Assembly (NCBI GenBank): GCA_040905225.1
Contig: JBBDRY010000126.1
Coordinates: 18,279-67,853, forward strand
Direction of reading: 5' to 3'
Source: Chloroflexota bacterium
Lineage (GTDB): Bacteria > Chloroflexota > Limnocylindria > Limnocylindrales > CSP1-4
DNA: 49,575 nt
Made by a program: the position numbers and the translations under genes
Notes under the pieces: generated by a model
Told to the model about the DNA's origin: nothing
What the model saw: the letters and a program-made list of their open reading frames with translations, nothing else
Databases searched by the model: none
Part shown: positions 37,514-47,791 of the stretch, piece after piece
How the letters are laid out: every line of letters begins with the position of its first letter
Numbering within the stretch: position 1 is the first letter of the stretch

Positions 37514-38024
37514 GGATCTGCCTCCTCGCGCAGGTCACAGCGCCTGCGGTGCGGGAAGGACAGTGTACGCAAGCGAAGCCGGAGTCACCCCGAGAGGCAG
37601 GAACTACCGCCGAGCATTCAGGAGCGGCGGGCAAGCGACCGCGCGAGGACCGCTATGGCGGGAGTCGCGCCCATGTCGCGCGCAGCGGGCCGAAGGCCAC
37701 GCGAAGAAAACGCCAGCCTGCGCGGGGCGCACTGGATTCGGCTCATTTGAACGGTTTCTCGTTCAGCGTGCCGTCGCAACGGCGTCGATTCCAACCAAAT
37801 GAACGAAATCTCGAACACCTGAATGGAAATCGATCCTGAAACGGCCCTTATCGGCCTTCGGCACCGTCCGCGCGATCGAATTCTCGTACATTTGGGCGAA
37901 ACCACTGATTCGGCGCTGGGGGCAGCGGCCGAAGGCCGGCCGGCCTGCGTGCACGTCTACAATCGGCCTCCCCAGCGCCCATTCCGCGCGACCCAATGAC
38001 TCTCCAAGGAGGGCCTGTCCCCGC

Positions 38025-39218
38025 ATGAAATTGCAGGAGTACCACGCCAAGCGCCTCCTGCTGGCCGAGAAACTGCCGGTCCCGGCCTACGACGTAGTCG
38101 AGACAGCCATTGAGGCACGCCGGGCCGCGGAGGCCTACTTCGCGGGCGGGGCCGAAAAGATCGTCGTCAAGGCCCAGGTCCTCGTCGGCGGCCGGGGCAA
38201 GGCGGGCGGAGTCAAGCTCGCCGGGACCCCAGACGAGGCCGAGCAGGTTGCCGCCGCCATCCTCGGTATGGACATCAAGGGCACGGTCGTGCGCCGCGTG
38301 CTAGTCGCGCCGGCAGCAGACATCCTGCGCGAGTACTACCTGGCGTGCGTCCTGGATCGTGGGAGCAGGCGTGTCCTGCTCATGGGTTCGGCGGAGGGCG
38401 GCGTCGAAATCGAGGAGGTCGCCGCACAGAATCCAGGCGCCATCAAGCAGATCCACGCCCACCCACACCTTGGCCTGCTGGACTACCAGGCGCGGACACT
38501 AGCTTTCGAGATGGGACTCGGCGGTCAGCATCTGCGCGACTTCGTGACCATCGCCCAGGGCATCTTCCGAACCATGATCGACAACGACGCGGACCTGGTC
38601 GAGATCAATCCACTCGCGGTGGTCCGCGACGGCCTCCCCGACGGGTCGACGAGCGAGTCGCTCCAGTGCCTCGACGCGAAGATCACGATCGATGATTCTG
38701 CCCTCTCGCGACACCCGGAACTGGAGCTGATGCGCGACGTCGCCGAAGAGGACCCGGTCGACGTCGCCGCGCGCGAAGAGGGCATCTCGTTCATCAGGCT
38801 CGACGGCTCGATCGGCTGCATGGTCAACGGCGCCGGGCTGGCGATGACCACGATGGACCTGATCAAGCGTGCCGGCGGCGAGCCAGCCAACTTCCTCGAC
38901 ATAGGCGGCGGCGCCAAGGCCGAGAAGGTTGAGGCCGCGATGCGCCTGATCCTGGCCGACTCGCACGTGCGCGCCATCCTGGTCAACATCTTCGGAGGGA
39001 TCGCGCGCGGCGACGAGGTCGCCCACGGCCTGGTCCACGCCCGCACCCAGCAGGAGCGCCACGTGCCGATGGTCGTGCGCATAGTGGGCACGAACGCGGA
39101 AGAGGCCGCGCGAATCCTCGCCGAATCAGGCGACCCGGACCTCGAGACCGCCGCGACGCTGGACGAAGCCGTCGCGCGCGTCGTCGCCGTTGCCGCGCAA
39201 ACGCCTGTGACCGCGTGA
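38025..39218 (+). CDS. sucC: Succinyl-CoA synthetase beta subunit
   Basis: [52 protein letters not shown]. Confidence 0.97.
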   Translation: MKLQEYHAKRLLLAEKLPVPAYDVVETAIEARRAAEAYFAGGAEKIVVKAQVLVGGRGKAGGVKLAGTPDEAEQVAAAILGMDIKGTVVRRVLVAPAADILREYYLACVLDRGSRRVLLMGSAEGGVEIEEVAAQNPGAIKQIHAHPHLGLLDYQARTLAFEMGLGGQHLRDFVTIAQGIFRTMIDNDADLVEINPLAVVRDGLPDGSTSESLQCLDAKITIDDSALSRHPELELMRDVAEEDPVDVAAREEGISFIRLDGSIGCMVNGAGLAMTTMDLIKRAGGEPANFLDIGGGAKAEKVEAAMRLILADSHVRAILVNIFGGIARGDEVAHGLVHARTQQERHVPMVVRIVGTNAEEAARILAESGDPDLETAATLDEAVARVVAVAAQTPVTA

Positions 39219-40102
39219 GCATCCTCGTCGGCAGCGACACCAGGCTGCTAGTCCAGGGCATCACCGGACGCGAAGGCGGCTTCCACGCACAGCAGATGCA
39301 GGATTACGGCACGAACATCGTCGCAGGCATGACCCCCGGCAAGGGCGGCCAGACGGCGCTAACCAAGCCCGTGACCGTCTTCGACACGTGCCGCGACGCT
39401 GTCAGAGAGACGGGCGCCAACACGACCGTCATCTACGTGCCTGCGGCCGGCGCCCCGGATGCGATCCTCGAAGCGCTCGATGCCGGCATCGCGACCATCT
39501 TCTGCATCACCGAGCACATTCCGGCCCTGGACATGCTCCGCGTTGTCGCGGCCGTCGATCTTGCCGGTGCGCGCCTCGTCGGCCCCAACTGCCCCGGAGC
39601 AACATCAGTTGGCCGGGCAAAGGTAGGCATCATCCCCGGGAGCATCCACAAGCCGGGCCGAGTCGGCGTGGTCAGCCGATCGGGCACGCTGACGTACGAG
39701 GTGGTCGAGGCCCTGACTGAAGCGGGGATCGGCCAGTCGACATGCGTCGGCATCGGCGGGGACCCGATCAACGGCTCGAACTTCGTCGACATCCTGAAGC
39801 TCTTCCGCGACGACCCCGAGACCGAGGCGGTGGTGCTGATCGGCGAGATAGGCGGCGACGCCGAGGAGCGTGCGGCGGACTGGATTGCAGAGCACATGTC
39901 GGGCGTGCCGATGGCTGCGTTCATCGCCGGCAGAACCGCGCCGCCGGGTCGACGGATGGGCCACGCGGGGGCGATCATCAGTGGCAACAGGGGGACGGCG
40001 CAGAGCAAGGTGGCGGCGCTGGAAGGGGCCGGCGTGCGCGTCGCCGAGGCGCCCAGCCAGATCCCGGAGATATTGCGAGCGGCCGGCGTACGGCCCGACT
40101 GA
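39215..40102 (+). CDS. sucD: Succinyl-CoA synthetase alpha subunit
   Basis: [36 protein letters not shown] (phospho-His). Confidence 0.97.
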   Translation: MSILVGSDTRLLVQGITGREGGFHAQQMQDYGTNIVAGMTPGKGGQTALTKPVTVFDTCRDAVRETGANTTVIYVPAAGAPDAILEALDAGIATIFCITEHIPALDMLRVVAAVDLAGARLVGPNCPGATSVGRAKVGIIPGSIHKPGRVGVVSRSGTLTYEVVEALTEAGIGQSTCVGIGGDPINGSNFVDILKLFRDDPETEAVVLIGEIGGDAEERAADWIAEHMSGVPMAAFIAGRTAPPGRRMGHAGAIISGNRGTAQSKVAALEGAGVRVAEAPSQIPEILRAAGVRPD

Positions 40103-40133
40103 GGCCATTCAGCGGGGGCAAAGGAGGGTTCAG

Positions 40134-41111
40134 GTGGCATTCACAGGCTCGACGATGGGCAAGTACTCGCGCCTCTGGCTGATCATCACGGGAGTCATCC
40201 TGCTGGTCGTCGGCGAAGGGATGGCGGTCGCGCTCGGAAGCATCCCGTTCGCAGGCGGGGCGATGCTCATGACGGGCGGGATTCTCGCGGCCGTCGGCCT
40301 CCTGCTGATAGTCATCGGCCTGATCGTGGGACGCAGGGCTGCGGCGGTCGATCAGCTGTTGGCGACGGGCGTCGCCGGGACGGCCCAGATCATGGGCATG
40401 ACCCAGACCGGCATGTATCTCAACGAGCAGCCGCAGATCGATCTGAACCTGCTGGTCACGGTGCCCGGCCGACCGCCCTACACGGCCAATCACAAGTCGT
40501 TCGTTCCCTTCATCCTGCTCGGACGGCTGACGTCCGGCCAGCCGCTGCCGGTGAAGGTGGATCCGGTCGACCCGCAAAAGATCGTTGTCGACTGGCAGAA
40601 CGCAGGTTTCGCCAGCGCGCCGATGGGAATGCCGATGGCGGGCATGCAGCCGATGGGCCAGCCCGTGACGGGCATGCAGCCGATGGTCGACGCGGCGCCG
40701 ATGCAGAGCGCGGGCGCGGGGTCGTCGTCGGGATCCGGCGTTGACGAGAGCCTCAACCAGGTCCAGGCCGCGCTCGCCGCCAGCGGAACTGCCGCCGCCG
40801 CACCTTTTGCTTCTGCCGGACAGGGCAACCTCTCGGTCGAGCAGCTGCGCGAGTACCTGCGAACCTCAGGGTTACAGGGCGAAGCGCGCATCGACAAGCT
40901 GACCGACACAGGCCAGATCGTCGGTGACGAGCGTCTGTACACGATGCAGGTCACGCTTGAGCTGCCCGGCAAAGAGCCCCAGCAGCTGGCCGAGTCGGCC
41001 GCCATGGTCCCGCTCCGGGCGATGCACAAGGTGCACGTCGGCTGGAAGGTGCCCGTCCGTGTCGCCGCCGACAACCCGAACCTGATGATGTTCGAGTGGG
41101 ACAAGGTCTGA
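40134..41111 (+). CDS. Two-TM membrane protein with a duplicated beta-rich domain
   Basis: AAGGAGG RBS then GTG; two TM helices; two similar ~75-aa domains separated by a Met/Gln/Pro/Gly linker. Confidence 0.75.
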   Translation: MAFTGSTMGKYSRLWLIITGVILLVVGEGMAVALGSIPFAGGAMLMTGGILAAVGLLLIVIGLIVGRRAAAVDQLLATGVAGTAQIMGMTQTGMYLNEQPQIDLNLLVTVPGRPPYTANHKSFVPFILLGRLTSGQPLPVKVDPVDPQKIVVDWQNAGFASAPMGMPMAGMQPMGQPVTGMQPMVDAAPMQSAGAGSSSGSGVDESLNQVQAALAASGTAAAAPFASAGQGNLSVEQLREYLRTSGLQGEARIDKLTDTGQIVGDERLYTMQVTLELPGKEPQQLAESAAMVPLRAMHKVHVGWKVPVRVAADNPNLMMFEWDKV

Positions 41112-41115
41112 GGAG

Positions 41116-42030
41116 TTAGGCGGCCGGAACCGAGCTTCTCTCCGCCTCCCGGTCGGTTTCCACCGCCTCCAACGTCAGGTCGCCGCCAAAGCCACGGAGC
41201 ATCCCGAGGAGCCCCTTCCCGCCCAGGCTCTCGAATATTTCGCGGGCGCGCTCGGCCTGCTTGCGGCCCTCGGGGTCTTCGTTTCCGAAGACCGCCAGCA
41301 CGTCGATGGCGGTGACGGCCTCGTCCAGGGGAAGGTTCCGCTCGCGAAAGGCGCGCAGCACTTCGCGATACTCGGGCAGCGCCTCCGCCGTGCGTCCATC
41401 GAGCCCCAGGAGGCCGGCCCTCGCAGCACGCTGACCCAGGTCAAGGACTGGCCCATGCTGGCCGTTTGCTGTGAGCAGGTCCAGGGCTTCGCGCGCAGCC
41501 ACCTTATCGTGTAGCCAGATGGCGCAGTGGGCCGCCATCAGGAGCGAGTCGGGCGCGTTCAGCGCCGAGTTGCGAGCGAGCGTCATATAGGTCTCGTAGG
41601 CCTGCTTGAATTCGCCGGCCACGAGCAACTGCCAGGACTCGGCGTCCAGCAGCGCGAGATGGCCAGGGTCGTCAGGCGGCAGTGCGCGGAACGTTTCCAG
41701 TCGTCCCCAAATTGCTTCGTCGGGCTCGCCAAGGAACACCTGGATGCTGTACGCAGAGCCCGCCGCCTGGCCCCAGTCAACTGGATCCAGGTTCCGCTCC
41801 ATAACGCGATTGAGCTCCTCGAGCCCGGCTTCCCATTCGCCGGTGCGCATTGCCGCGGGCCCCACGGTCGCCGGACCAGGTGCGGCGGGAGTCCCGCATT
41901 CGCCGCAGAAGCGGGTGTTGTCCTTGAGGGGGCTGCCGCAGTTCGAGCACGCGGCTGCCAGCCGCGCTCCACAGTTCTCGCAGAACTTGGTGCCCGGATC
42001 GTTCGCGGTCCCGCAGGTGGCGCAGATCAA
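41116..42030 (-). CDS. Double zinc-ribbon plus TPR-like helical protein
   Basis: CATC...CENC...CSNC...CGEC N-terminus; helical C-terminus (ERAREIFESLG); TAGAGT -10 7 nt before TTG. Confidence 0.8.
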   Translation of the reverse strand: MICATCGTANDPGTKFCENCGARLAAACSNCGSPLKDNTRFCGECGTPAAPGPATVGPAAMRTGEWEAGLEELNRVMERNLDPVDWGQAAGSAYSIQVFLGEPDEAIWGRLETFRALPPDDPGHLALLDAESWQLLVAGEFKQAYETYMTLARNSALNAPDSLLMAAHCAIWLHDKVAAREALDLLTANGQHGPVLDLGQRAARAGLLGLDGRTAEALPEYREVLRAFRERNLPLDEAVTAIDVLAVFGNEDPEGRKQAERAREIFESLGGKGLLGMLRGFGGDLTLEAVETDREAERSSVPAA

Positions 42031-42057
42031 GGTCTCAACTCTAGACGACAGCGGCTC

Positions 42058-42534
42058 TCAGTCCGGTGGGTAGCCCAGCGCGAACCAGGCCGGACCGCCT
42101 GGCGCCTCGATCAGCTCGACCAGAACCCCATTGCAGCTGCGTGGGTGGATGAACGCAACGGGGCCTTCCGCGCCGCGTCTCGGTTTGGAGTCGATCAGCT
42201 CGACTCCCTCCCCGGCCATCCGTTCCAGCTCGGCTGCGATATCGGCGACCTCGAGGCATACGTGATGGAAGCCCTCGCCGCGCGACTCCAGGTATCGGGC
42301 GACTCCCGTCGACGGATCAGTCGGCATAACGAGCTCGATCTTCGATTCACCGACTTGCAGAAAGGCGATGGTCACGCCGTCCGACTCGAGCGGCAGGACG
42401 AGCTCGACCGGCATGTGGAGCCGGTCACGGTAGAAGGCGAGCGCCCCTTCGATGTCGCGCACGACGACGGCGACGTGATGAACTCGCCCAGGCCGGCTCA
42501 AGGAGAAACCGAACGGTTGTTCTGTTTCTCCCAT
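42058..42534 (-). CDS. mce: Methylmalonyl-CoA epimerase
   Basis: HHVAVVV, KIELVMP, GEGFHHVCLEV, AFIHPRSCNGVLVELIE. Confidence 0.93.
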   Translation of the reverse strand: MGETEQPFGFSLSRPGRVHHVAVVVRDIEGALAFYRDRLHMPVELVLPLESDGVTIAFLQVGESKIELVMPTDPSTGVARYLESRGEGFHHVCLEVADIAAELERMAGEGVELIDSKPRRGAEGPVAFIHPRSCNGVLVELIEAPGGPAWFALGYPPD

Positions 42535-44132
42535 CAGACCGTGATCAGCTCGCGATGCTCCCCGAACTTGGCCCGCAGCCGATCGCTGATCTCGCCCAGG
42601 GTGGCGTTGGCCTTCACTGCGTCGATGATCGGCGGCATCAGGTTGTCGGTTCCGTCGGCGGCGTCTGCGAGCCGGTCGAGTGCAGCTGCCCAGGCGCCGG
42701 CGTCGCGCTCGGCGCGCAGTCGCCGCACCCTGTCGACCTGGCCGCGTTCGGCGGACGGATCGATACGTTGCAGATCAGGCGTGTGGACCTCGTCGTCGCG
42801 GAAACGATTGACGCCGACCACGATGCGGTCCCCTTCCTCCACTTCGCGCTGGACGCGGTAGGCCGCCTCCTGGATCTGCCGCTGCTGGAAGCCAGCCTCG
42901 ATCGCCGCCAGGGCCCCGCCCATCGCTTCGATCTGGTCCAGGTAGTCCTGGGCCGCATCCTCGAGGTCGTTCGTCAGCGACTCCACGAAGTAGCTGCCGG
43001 CTAGGGGGTCGGGCGTGTCGGCGACGCCGCTCTCGTGAGCGATGATCTGCTGCGTGCGCAGCGCCAGGCGGGCGGACGCTTCGCTGGGCAGGGCCAGCGC
43101 CTCGTCGCGCGCGTTGGTGTGCAGGCTCTGGGCGCCGCCTAGGACCGCGGCAAGCGCCTCGATCGTGGTACGGACGACGTTGTTATCGACCGACTGTGCG
43201 GTCAGGCTCGAGCCGGCCGTCTGTACGTGGAAGCGGCACATCAATGAGCGCGGCTCGCGTGCGCCAAATCGATCGCGCATGATCCGCGCCCACATCCGCC
43301 GCGCGGCGCGGAACTTGGCCACCTCTTCGAACAGCTCGCTCCACGCCGCGAAGAAGAACGACAGGCGGCCGGCGAACGCGTCCACGTCGAGCCCCCGCGA
43401 ACGGGCTCCCTCGACGTATGCGATCCCGTTGGCGAGGGTGAATGCCAGTTCCTGGGCCGCCGTTGCTCCCGCTTCGCGCATGTGGTAGCCGCTGATCGAG
43501 ATCGTGTTCCAGCGCGGCAGCTCGCGTGCGCAGAACTCGAAGATGTCGGTCACCAGGCGCATCGACGCCCCTGTCGGGTAGATGTACGTGCCGCGGGCGA
43601 TGTACTCCTTGAGAATGTCGTTCTGGACCGTGCCGCCGAGCATCTCGCGCGGAATGCCGCGCGAATCGGCGACGGCGACGTAGAGCGCCAGCAGGATCGC
43701 CGCCGTCGAATTGATCGTCATCGAGGTCGTCATCTCGCCCAGCGGCAGATCGGCCAGCAGGACCTCCATGTCGTCGATCGAGCTGATCGGAACGCCGACG
43801 CGTCCCACCTCCCCCAATGCGGCAGGCGCGTCCGGGTCGTAGCCCATCTGGGTGGGCAGGTCGAACGCGGTCGACAGACCCGTCTGGCCCTGCTCCAGCA
43901 GGTACTTGAAGCGCCGATTGGTCTCGGCGGCCGTGCTGAAGCCGGCGTACTGGCGCATCGTCCATAGGCGGCCGCGATACATCGACGGCTGGACGCCGCG
44001 CGTAAACGGGTACTCGCCAGGGGTACCCAGCTCCGTCTTCGGGTCCCAGCCGGAGAGATCGTCGGCCGTGTACAGCTCGGCGACCTCAATGTCGCTGGTC
44101 GTGCGGAAATTACGCCGAGCCTGGTCGCTCAT
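42534..44132 (-). CDS. Methylmalonyl-CoA mutase, substrate-binding (large) subunit without the B12-binding domain
   Basis: [18 protein letters not shown] (Tyr), [16 protein letters not shown] (Arg), [20 protein letters not shown] at 44132 with AGGAG RBS. Confidence 0.93.
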   Translation of the reverse strand: MSDQARRNFRTTSDIEVAELYTADDLSGWDPKTELGTPGEYPFTRGVQPSMYRGRLWTMRQYAGFSTAAETNRRFKYLLEQGQTGLSTAFDLPTQMGYDPDAPAALGEVGRVGVPISSIDDMEVLLADLPLGEMTTSMTINSTAAILLALYVAVADSRGIPREMLGGTVQNDILKEYIARGTYIYPTGASMRLVTDIFEFCARELPRWNTISISGYHMREAGATAAQELAFTLANGIAYVEGARSRGLDVDAFAGRLSFFFAAWSELFEEVAKFRAARRMWARIMRDRFGAREPRSLMCRFHVQTAGSSLTAQSVDNNVVRTTIEALAAVLGGAQSLHTNARDEALALPSEASARLALRTQQIIAHESGVADTPDPLAGSYFVESLTNDLEDAAQDYLDQIEAMGGALAAIEAGFQQRQIQEAAYRVQREVEEGDRIVVGVNRFRDDEVHTPDLQRIDPSAERGQVDRVRRLRAERDAGAWAAALDRLADAADGTDNLMPPIIDAVKANATLGEISDRLRAKFGEHRELITV

Positions 44133-44199
44133 GCGATGCTCCTGTGTCGAGCTGCGGCAGCGCATGCCGCAAGACTGTATGACAGCGCCGCGACGAGGA

Positions 44200-47100
44200 T
44201 CACACCGCAGCTCCGGGTTGGGCAAGCAGCGCGCGGGTGCGCGCGATTGACGGAATGATTCCCTTTCGCTGATAGACGGCGAGTGCCTCCTCCAGGACTG
44301 GCCGGGCTGCTTCCTCTTGTCCGAGCAGCAGGAGGACCTCCGCGCGGCTGAACAGATAGTCGCCCAGGAACGGTAGACCGTCGGTGCGGCGCGCCAGATC
44401 GATTGCCTCGCCGGAAAGCCGCAGGGCCTCTTCTGCCCGCCCGGTCCTGGCAAGGAGCTTCGCCTGAAGGGCGCGCCAGTCGGCCTGGCCCAACACATCC
44501 TCGGGCTGGATCGCCCGCTTTGCTCGTTCCAGCCACGCCTCGGATTCGTCGAACCGAGCCAGGCGGTATAGCACTGCCGCCAGGACCACCGCAACCCCAG
44601 CCAGGCCGCTGGACTCGCCCGCCTCTTCGAGCATCTGCGCCGAGGCGCGAAGGTCGGGCTCGACTCGCTCTGGCGAGCCGACAAGGAGCGCGATCCAACC
44701 ATGCTCCTGGGAGGCATACGCATGCTCGATCTTCTGGCCCAGCTCGAGCGACCGCTGCCTCGAGCGCTCGATCGCCCGCCCTGCATCCTCATGGCGACCG
44801 GCGAACGCATAGAGCTCAGCTAGGTGGTCCTCGCCTGCACCTTCCTGGGGGAACCGGGCGAGCCCCTGCTCCGCTCGAACGATCGCTTCCTCGACCGGCG
44901 TCGTCCCGTAGGCGAGCGCAGCAGCGAGTCCACGGACGGCCCAGACGGCGTCTCGACGGATGTCCGCCGTGGTGGCGCACTCGAGCAGTTGACTCGAGGC
45001 TTCGCCGACCAGCGCAAAGTTGGAACGCACGAAGCCGATCTCGATGACTGCCCGCCATGCCCGGGCCAGCGACTCGGCGTCGCCCAGCCGCTCGAGCTCG
45101 GCGATCGCCTCTTTCGCCTCGAGCAGCGCCCCCTCCGTTCCCTGCGTCGGGTCGATCCTGACCAGGATCGCCAGCTCGTCCATCCGAGCACGCAACCACA
45201 CGCCGCGTTGCTCGGTCGGTGCCGCCACCGACTGCGCCCGGCGCAAATATTCGAGCGCCAGCTGCGCGTCGCCGGCCTGGTAGATCGAGCTGCCCAGGAC
45301 GGCCAGCAACTCGGGCACGAGTGGATCGGCTTCCGGCAGAAGCCTGGCCGCCCGCTCCAGGAGGGCGCGCGTGGCGGCATCGTCCCCCCGAGCATGTGCC
45401 TTCCGCCCGGCCTCGCCGAGCAGGCGTCCGACGCGCAGCGCAAGCGCGTCGGTGTGCCCGTCCTGGAGGAGCAGCTCCACGCGGTAGCGGTGAGCCTGCT
45501 CGAGGTGATAGGCGAGGATCTCGCGCGGGGCGTCCTCGCCGAGTCGTGACTCGAGCCAATCCGCAACGCGCTCGTGCAGGTCGCCGCGCACCCGTTTCGG
45601 GATCGACTCATAGGCTGCGTCGCGGATCAGGGTGTGGTCGAAGCGGAATGCATCGTCGCCCGGAAGTTGGGCGCGGTCGGGTCTGATGAATTCCTTGCGC
45701 ACCAGGCTGAGCAGGTGGCCGCCCAGCCCCGGGCGGGCGCTCTCCGGCAGCAGCTCGCGCACCGAGCTGAGGTGGAACACGCGTCCCTCAACAGAGGCGC
45801 GCTCGATCACGGCCCGCTCTTCGGGCTCGAGACCATCTATACGCGCCGCCAGCACCGCCTGAATGGTGGGCGGGATCTTCGGCGCGCGCCCGGCGCTCTC
45901 CGCCTTGTGCGCGATGAGCTGCTCCACGAAGAACGGATTCCCATTCGCCGCTTCGACGATCGCCTGGGTTTCAACTGAAGACCCGCCCAGCTCTTCGACG
46001 AGAGCAACTGTCTCGGCACGTGCAAGCGGCTTGAGCGCGATCATGGTGGCGTTCGGCCCGAGCGCCGCCCAGCCGGGCCGGGCGTCGAGCAGTTCTGGCC
46101 GCCCGGTGCATAGCAGGAGCAGTCCTGCGTCGCGGGCGAAGGTTGAAATGTACTCGACGAGGTCGAGCAGGGTCGGCTCGGCCCAATGGATGTCGTTCAA
46201 CACCACGATTAGCGGCCCGGCCTGGGCGAGCGTCTCGAACAACCGGCGGAAAGCCCACGCGATCTCTTCCGAAGAAGCGGTCGCCCCGCCCGTTCCGAGC
46301 GCCGCCGCAATCCGGGCGGCAGCGAACTCCGCCGCCTGGTCACCGCCCAGCGCCGCGTCGACGTTGCCGACCTGGGCGACGATCTCCGCCAGAGGCCAGT
46401 ACGTGATCCCCTGGCCGTACGACAGACAGCGCCCGATCAGGACTCGCGCGTCGGCGCGCCGCACAAGTTCGCGCACCAGCCGCGACTTGCCGATCCCGGG
46501 CGGACCCATGATGGTCGCCAGCCGGGGAGAGCGCTCCACGGTCGTCGTGGTGAGGAGACTCCGAAGCGTCTCGAGCTCGCGTTCGCGACCGACGAACGCG
46601 CCTTCGTCCCGCCGGGCGAAGCTGGAACCGCCGGGATCAACCTCGAGCAGTCGGTGGGCGCGCACAGGCTCGGCCTTCCCCCTAAGGGTGAGTGGCTCGA
46701 TCGGCTCGGCGCGGATCAAGCCGCGCACAAGCGACTCGGTGGCCTCGCCGATGAGCACCTCTCCCGGGCCAGCGGCCTGTTCGAGTCGGGCAGCTACGTT
46801 GACCGCATCGCCTGTCACGAGCGTCTCGCCGCCTCCCGCGAAGACTTCGCCGGTGTTGATGCCGATTCGGACCTGGAGGCCCAGCGCCTGGACCGCTGCC
46901 CTCGCCTCGAGCGCCGCACGCGCCGCGCGGAGCGCATCGTCCTCGTGAGTCTGCGGGAGGCCGAAGAGCGCCATCACCGCATCGCCGATGAATTTTTCGA
47001 CTGTCCCGCCGTTGCGTTCTATGGCGGCGCGCAATTCGGCGTGGTAGCGACTCATCGCCTCGCGAAGCAGTTCCGGATCGGCACAGTCGCCGAGGGATGT

Positions 47101-47241
47101 CGAGCCCACCATGTCGCAGAAGAGAACGGTAACGGTCTTCAGCACGCCCGCCGCACGCTGGTCGGAGAGCAGGCCACCGCACGCATTGCAGAACCCTGCC
47201 CCGGGCGGGTTCTCCTGGCCACAATGCGAACAGACGAGCAC
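44200..47241 (-). CDS. Zinc-ribbon / class III adenylate cyclase / STAND-type AAA ATPase / TPR protein
   Basis: CSHC..CNAC; [29 protein letters not shown]; Walker A GPPGIGKS; ANGNPFF; C-terminal helical repeats. Start at 47241 or 47289. Confidence 0.92.
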   Translation of the reverse strand: MLVCSHCGQENPPGAGFCNACGGLLSDQRAAGVLKTVTVLFCDMVGSTSLGDCADPELLREAMSRYHAELRAAIERNGGTVEKFIGDAVMALFGLPQTHEDDALRAARAALEARAAVQALGLQVRIGINTGEVFAGGGETLVTGDAVNVAARLEQAAGPGEVLIGEATESLVRGLIRAEPIEPLTLRGKAEPVRAHRLLEVDPGGSSFARRDEGAFVGRERELETLRSLLTTTTVERSPRLATIMGPPGIGKSRLVRELVRRADARVLIGRCLSYGQGITYWPLAEIVAQVGNVDAALGGDQAAEFAAARIAAALGTGGATASSEEIAWAFRRLFETLAQAGPLIVVLNDIHWAEPTLLDLVEYISTFARDAGLLLLCTGRPELLDARPGWAALGPNATMIALKPLARAETVALVEELGGSSVETQAIVEAANGNPFFVEQLIAHKAESAGRAPKIPPTIQAVLAARIDGLEPEERAVIERASVEGRVFHLSSVRELLPESARPGLGGHLLSLVRKEFIRPDRAQLPGDDAFRFDHTLIRDAAYESIPKRVRGDLHERVADWLESRLGEDAPREILAYHLEQAHRYRVELLLQDGHTDALALRVGRLLGEAGRKAHARGDDAATRALLERAARLLPEADPLVPELLAVLGSSIYQAGDAQLALEYLRRAQSVAAPTEQRGVWLRARMDELAILVRIDPTQGTEGALLEAKEAIAELERLGDAESLARAWRAVIEIGFVRSNFALVGEASSQLLECATTADIRRDAVWAVRGLAAALAYGTTPVEEAIVRAEQGLARFPQEGAGEDHLAELYAFAGRHEDAGRAIERSRQRSLELGQKIEHAYASQEHGWIALLVGSPERVEPDLRASAQMLEEAGESSGLAGVAVVLAAVLYRLARFDESEAWLERAKRAIQPEDVLGQADWRALQAKLLARTGRAEEALRLSGEAIDLARRTDGLPFLGDYLFSRAEVLLLLGQEEAARPVLEEALAVYQRKGIIPSIARTRALLAQPGAAV

Positions 47242-47308
47242 GGCTCCGAGGCTGTGAGTCAACCTGCCGGACGCTGGAGAGTTTGCCACTCGATCTGAAG
47301 TCTAGGAG

Positions 47309-47791
47309 CTAGCCAATGCTAAGCAGCTCGTCTTCGCGCTCCACCCGGGCGCCGATCTCTACCCGGATGTCTTCGACGACACCTGGTTGGGGCGCACGGA
47401 TCTCGTTCTCCATCTTCATCGCCTCGATCGCCAGCAGGCGCTGGCCGCGTTCGACCTTCTCGCCCACTCCGACCCACAGTCGGACGACCCGGCCGGGGAT
47501 CTGGGCGCGCAGTGTCAGGCGCGCCGTGGCGTGATGCACGGCCGCCGAGCGCGCAACGCGCTCGCGAAGCTCAGCGCGGACCGCCGGTTCGGTCGCGGCC
47601 TCGAACAACCAGCCGTCGACCACGACCTCGAAACGGCGAATGCCGTCGGCGCGGTCCCCCGCCGTCATAGGCAGCGGGCTGACGTGCTCGCCCCGGCGCG
47701 CCGGCTCGAATGACGCGATCTCCGCTTCGTCGGGCTGGATCACGAGGGGCACGGCCTCGATGGTCACGCGAGTCCGTCGGGGGCCCGTCAC
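47309..47791 (-). CDS. Biotin carboxyl carrier protein
   Basis: AQIPGRVV and IEAMKMENEI biotinylation motif; GTGA coupling to the carboxylase. Confidence 0.9.
   Translation of the reverse strand: MTGPRRTRVTIEAVPLVIQPDEAEIASFEPARRGEHVSPLPMTAGDRADGIRRFEVVVDGWLFEAATEPAVRAELRERVARSAAVHHATARLTLRAQIPGRVVRLWVGVGEKVERGQRLLAIEAMKMENEIRAPQPGVVEDIRVEIGARVEREDELLSIG

Noticed and set aside
44133-44199. Cobalamin riboswitch upstream of the mutase
   Set aside because: The gap is only about 65 bp and no B12-box was seen.
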